From NCBI RefSeq assembly GCF_009914755.1, contig NC_060926.1: 64,000 nucleotides of DNA. One strand, 5' to 3'. Source of the stretch: the human T2T-CHM13v2.0 reference genome, Homo sapiens. A model generated the notes under the pieces. The model made no database searches, was not told the origin of the DNA, and saw nothing but the letters and a program-made list of their open reading frames with translations. The translations under genes were made by a program, and so were the position numbers. This document shows, one piece after another, positions 61,501 to 64,000 of the stretch (the stretch's first letter is position 1; every line of letters starts with the position of its first letter).

Positions 61501-61859
61501 CTGCCCTTCTCTGGTTTCTGCCAAGAGCTCTGCTCTTCTCCAGGGAGGTGGCGGGGCTGGGATGGCTTTGTACCCTGCAGGCTCCAGCAGGATTGCATCT
61601 GCTGAGGTGCATCTTAGAAAGGGGAGTGTGAGATGCAGGTCCCCCACCTCTGGTGCTCCTGGCCAAGGCTGAGTGCCTGTGGTTCCTTTGTGGCCGTTCA
61701 GGTGGGAAAAGCGTTTGTGATACCAAAAAATCAGCTAGGCTCAGCCCTGAGCCGCAGCTGGGCACCTGCAAACCGAGGGCCTCACTTAGCCTGTCCCATC
61801 TGCAGAGGGAGTCGTCAGATGCTTCCCAAAGACCTTCTCAGGGTTAAATGAGAAAGTGG

Positions 61860-62490
61860 AGTATATTCGTTTTCTATTGCTGCATCACAAATTATTACAA
61901 AGCAGCTTAAACACTACCCATTTCTTATTTCACACTTCAGGTCAGAAGTCCAGGTGGGCTCAGCTATAGTCTCTGCTTAGGGTCTCACAAGCTGAAAATC
62001 AAAGTGTGAGCTGGCTGGCTCCTATCAGAAGCTCTTTTCCAGAAGCTCTGGGAAAGCATCTCCTTGCAAGCTCATTCGGGTTGTGGCGGAATTCCACTCC
62101 TGCAGTTGCAGGACTGAGGTGGCGGTCAGCCAGGGATCTCTATCAGCTCCTCGAAGCTGCTCTCTCTCGAGTCCTTTCCACATGGTCCCCTCCTTCTTCA
62201 AGTCATCAAAGATGTATCGAACCCTCCCTCACACTTCACATCTGTGACTTCCTCTCCTGCCCCCAGCCAGAGAAAACCCTCTGCTTCTAAAGGGCTCGTG
62301 TGATTCGATTAGGCCCCTACCAACTCATCTTTCTTTTCTTGGACTCAGAGTCAACTGATTTCTATCCTTAATGATGTCTTTGAAATCCCTTTGCCATATA
62401 ATTTCACATGATCATGGGCTTGATGTCTTATCATGTTCAGGGGTTCGGATGGAAATATTGGGGGCCATATTTAGAATTCTGCCTACACGG
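61860..62490 (-). mobile_element. MaLR MLT1 (E/F-type) solo LTR
   Basis: ttttctattgctgcatcacaaatta, ctctgcttagggtctcacaagctgaaaatcaa, gcagttgcaggactgagg, gggggccatatttagaattctgcctac. Confidence 0.8.
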
Positions 62491-62527
62491 GAAGCAAAAG
62501 TGCTTTGTCACCTCTAAAGTGCCAGAC

Positions 62528-62575
62528 TTAGGCTCTCATTAGAGCCTAATGAGGGTCTAACCCTTAGGGAGGGTT
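62528..62575. repeat. Interlocking quasi-palindrome cluster
   Basis: ttaggctct-catt-agagcctaa; ctcattag-agc-ctaatgag; aaccct-taggg-agggtt. Confidence 0.85.
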
Positions 62576-63469
62576 TCCTTCCCTCTGCCCCAGGAGCGCA
62601 AAGGAAAGGGTGACACTGGATTAGGGGTGGCTGCCTGTGGCCCCTGCCCCTTCCCCTCCTCCTCCTCCTCCTCCTCTTGAGCCTACCTCTGGGCTTTTCA
62701 TGACTTGGAGAGGGAGCCCTGTCTCAGGACCCCAGGACTTAATCTGTCCGTCACCTTCCCCTTCCAGATCTTCAGCCACTCCACACCCCCTGCAAGTTCC
62801 TTCCTGGGCTCTGCCCTTCCTTCATACTCTCTGGGTACCACTCCTTCCCGGGATCTACGACGGCGGTCTACACTCGCCTGCTCCCATCTCTGTCCACTGG
62901 AGCCTGGCGCCTACCAGCCCCCACTGCCTGAATCTGTTCTCCCTCCCTTATCCCAGTGGACACCTTCCAGGCCATCTCTGCCAGGCCTTCCTGTGATGGC
63001 AACCATAGAGTCTGTCTTGTACCTGCGGTATTATTCCCAACACCCACCCGGGTGCCAGGAGCATAGCAGACACTCTAGCAAACATTCGTCATTGTTTGTC
63101 TGCATCCACGTATCTATGTGGTCCACGTGCTAATGTGCTCCCCTGCCTGCCCCAAACCTGAGGATACGTCTCCTGCTGCCGCCTCAGCAAGTGACACCCA
63201 TGTCACCCTCTCCCTCAGCCCGAGGGCAGTGACCACAGTGAGAGGAAGCATGAGTGTGGGTCCATCAGGATAAAAGGCCAGCACTGAGTCTGTTTCACGC
63301 CCCCTGCCCCCACCCCACCACACACGTGCACACACCACAGGCTCTGCGTTCTCCTTGGCCTAACGCTGGGGAGGGCAAGAGCCACCACCCACCAGCTTTC
63401 TACCCTTCACTATACCTGGGCCTCAACTCAGCTGGCCTCTCTAGGAGTTACTTGTGCTGGCCTTAATCT

Positions 63470-63763
63470 TTTTTCTTTTTTTTTTTTTTGAATCGGAATC
63501 TTGCTCTGTCGGGAATACAGTGGTGCAATCTCGGCTCACTGCAACCTCCTCCTCCCAGGTTCAAGTGATTCTCCTGCCTCAGCCTCTCAAGCAGCTGAGA
63601 TTACAGGCACCCACCAACACATCCAGCTAATTTTTGTATTTTTAGTAGAGACGGGGTTTCACCTTGTCGGCCAGTCTGATCTCGAACTCCTGACCTCAGG
63701 TGATCTGCCCGCCTCAGTCTCCCAAAGTGCTGGGATTACAGGCGTGACCCACCACGCCTGGCC
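63470..63763 (-). mobile_element. Alu (AluS)
   Basis: Antisense Alu; aatcttttttc on both flanks. Confidence 0.95.
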
Positions 63764-64000
63764 AATCTTTTTTCATTCCGTCCCTGCATTTAGGCCTATG
63801 TTCTCTTCCCCCAGAGACCCACCCACTTCCTCTTGGGGAGTCCAGCCGAGGACAGTGTGGCTTGAAGAACATTCTAATCCCAGCCCGAGAGCTCTGAGAG
63901 AAAAAATGACTACAAACCCTGGAATGTGAAGCCTGCTGCTTCCTGCAAAGCATTTTGAATGAAACACGTAACCAACAGCTGCAGCACAGAGAATGGAAAC

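Overview
Primate, very probably human, non-coding genomic DNA: GC-rich, repeat-dense and intergenic or deep-intronic. I found no credible protein-coding exon, RNA gene or CRISPR array, and the ORF track is explained by chance ORFs and Alu/SVA frames. I could not identify the locus. Contents: about 25 Alus including a young AluYa5-lineage copy, a full-length SVA with a 5' Alu-derived extension inside its TSDs, old L1M, L2, CR1/L3, MIR, MaLR LTR and DNA-transposon relics, one CpG island (~45.3-45.8 kb) and several motif-dense candidate enhancers. The most striking unexplained structure is a set of at least six short (30-140 bp) locally templated, spaced duplications of different ages. Two are inverted, and several have target-site-like repeats and 2-5 nt junction microhomology, as expected for template-switch or polymerase-theta-type repair. 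A second recurring signal is six CGTGGGAA (RBPJ/CSL) sites, two with near-identical context and spacing to a TAATTA motif. Repeat family names come from recalled consensus sequences, and boundaries of old repeats are approximate.
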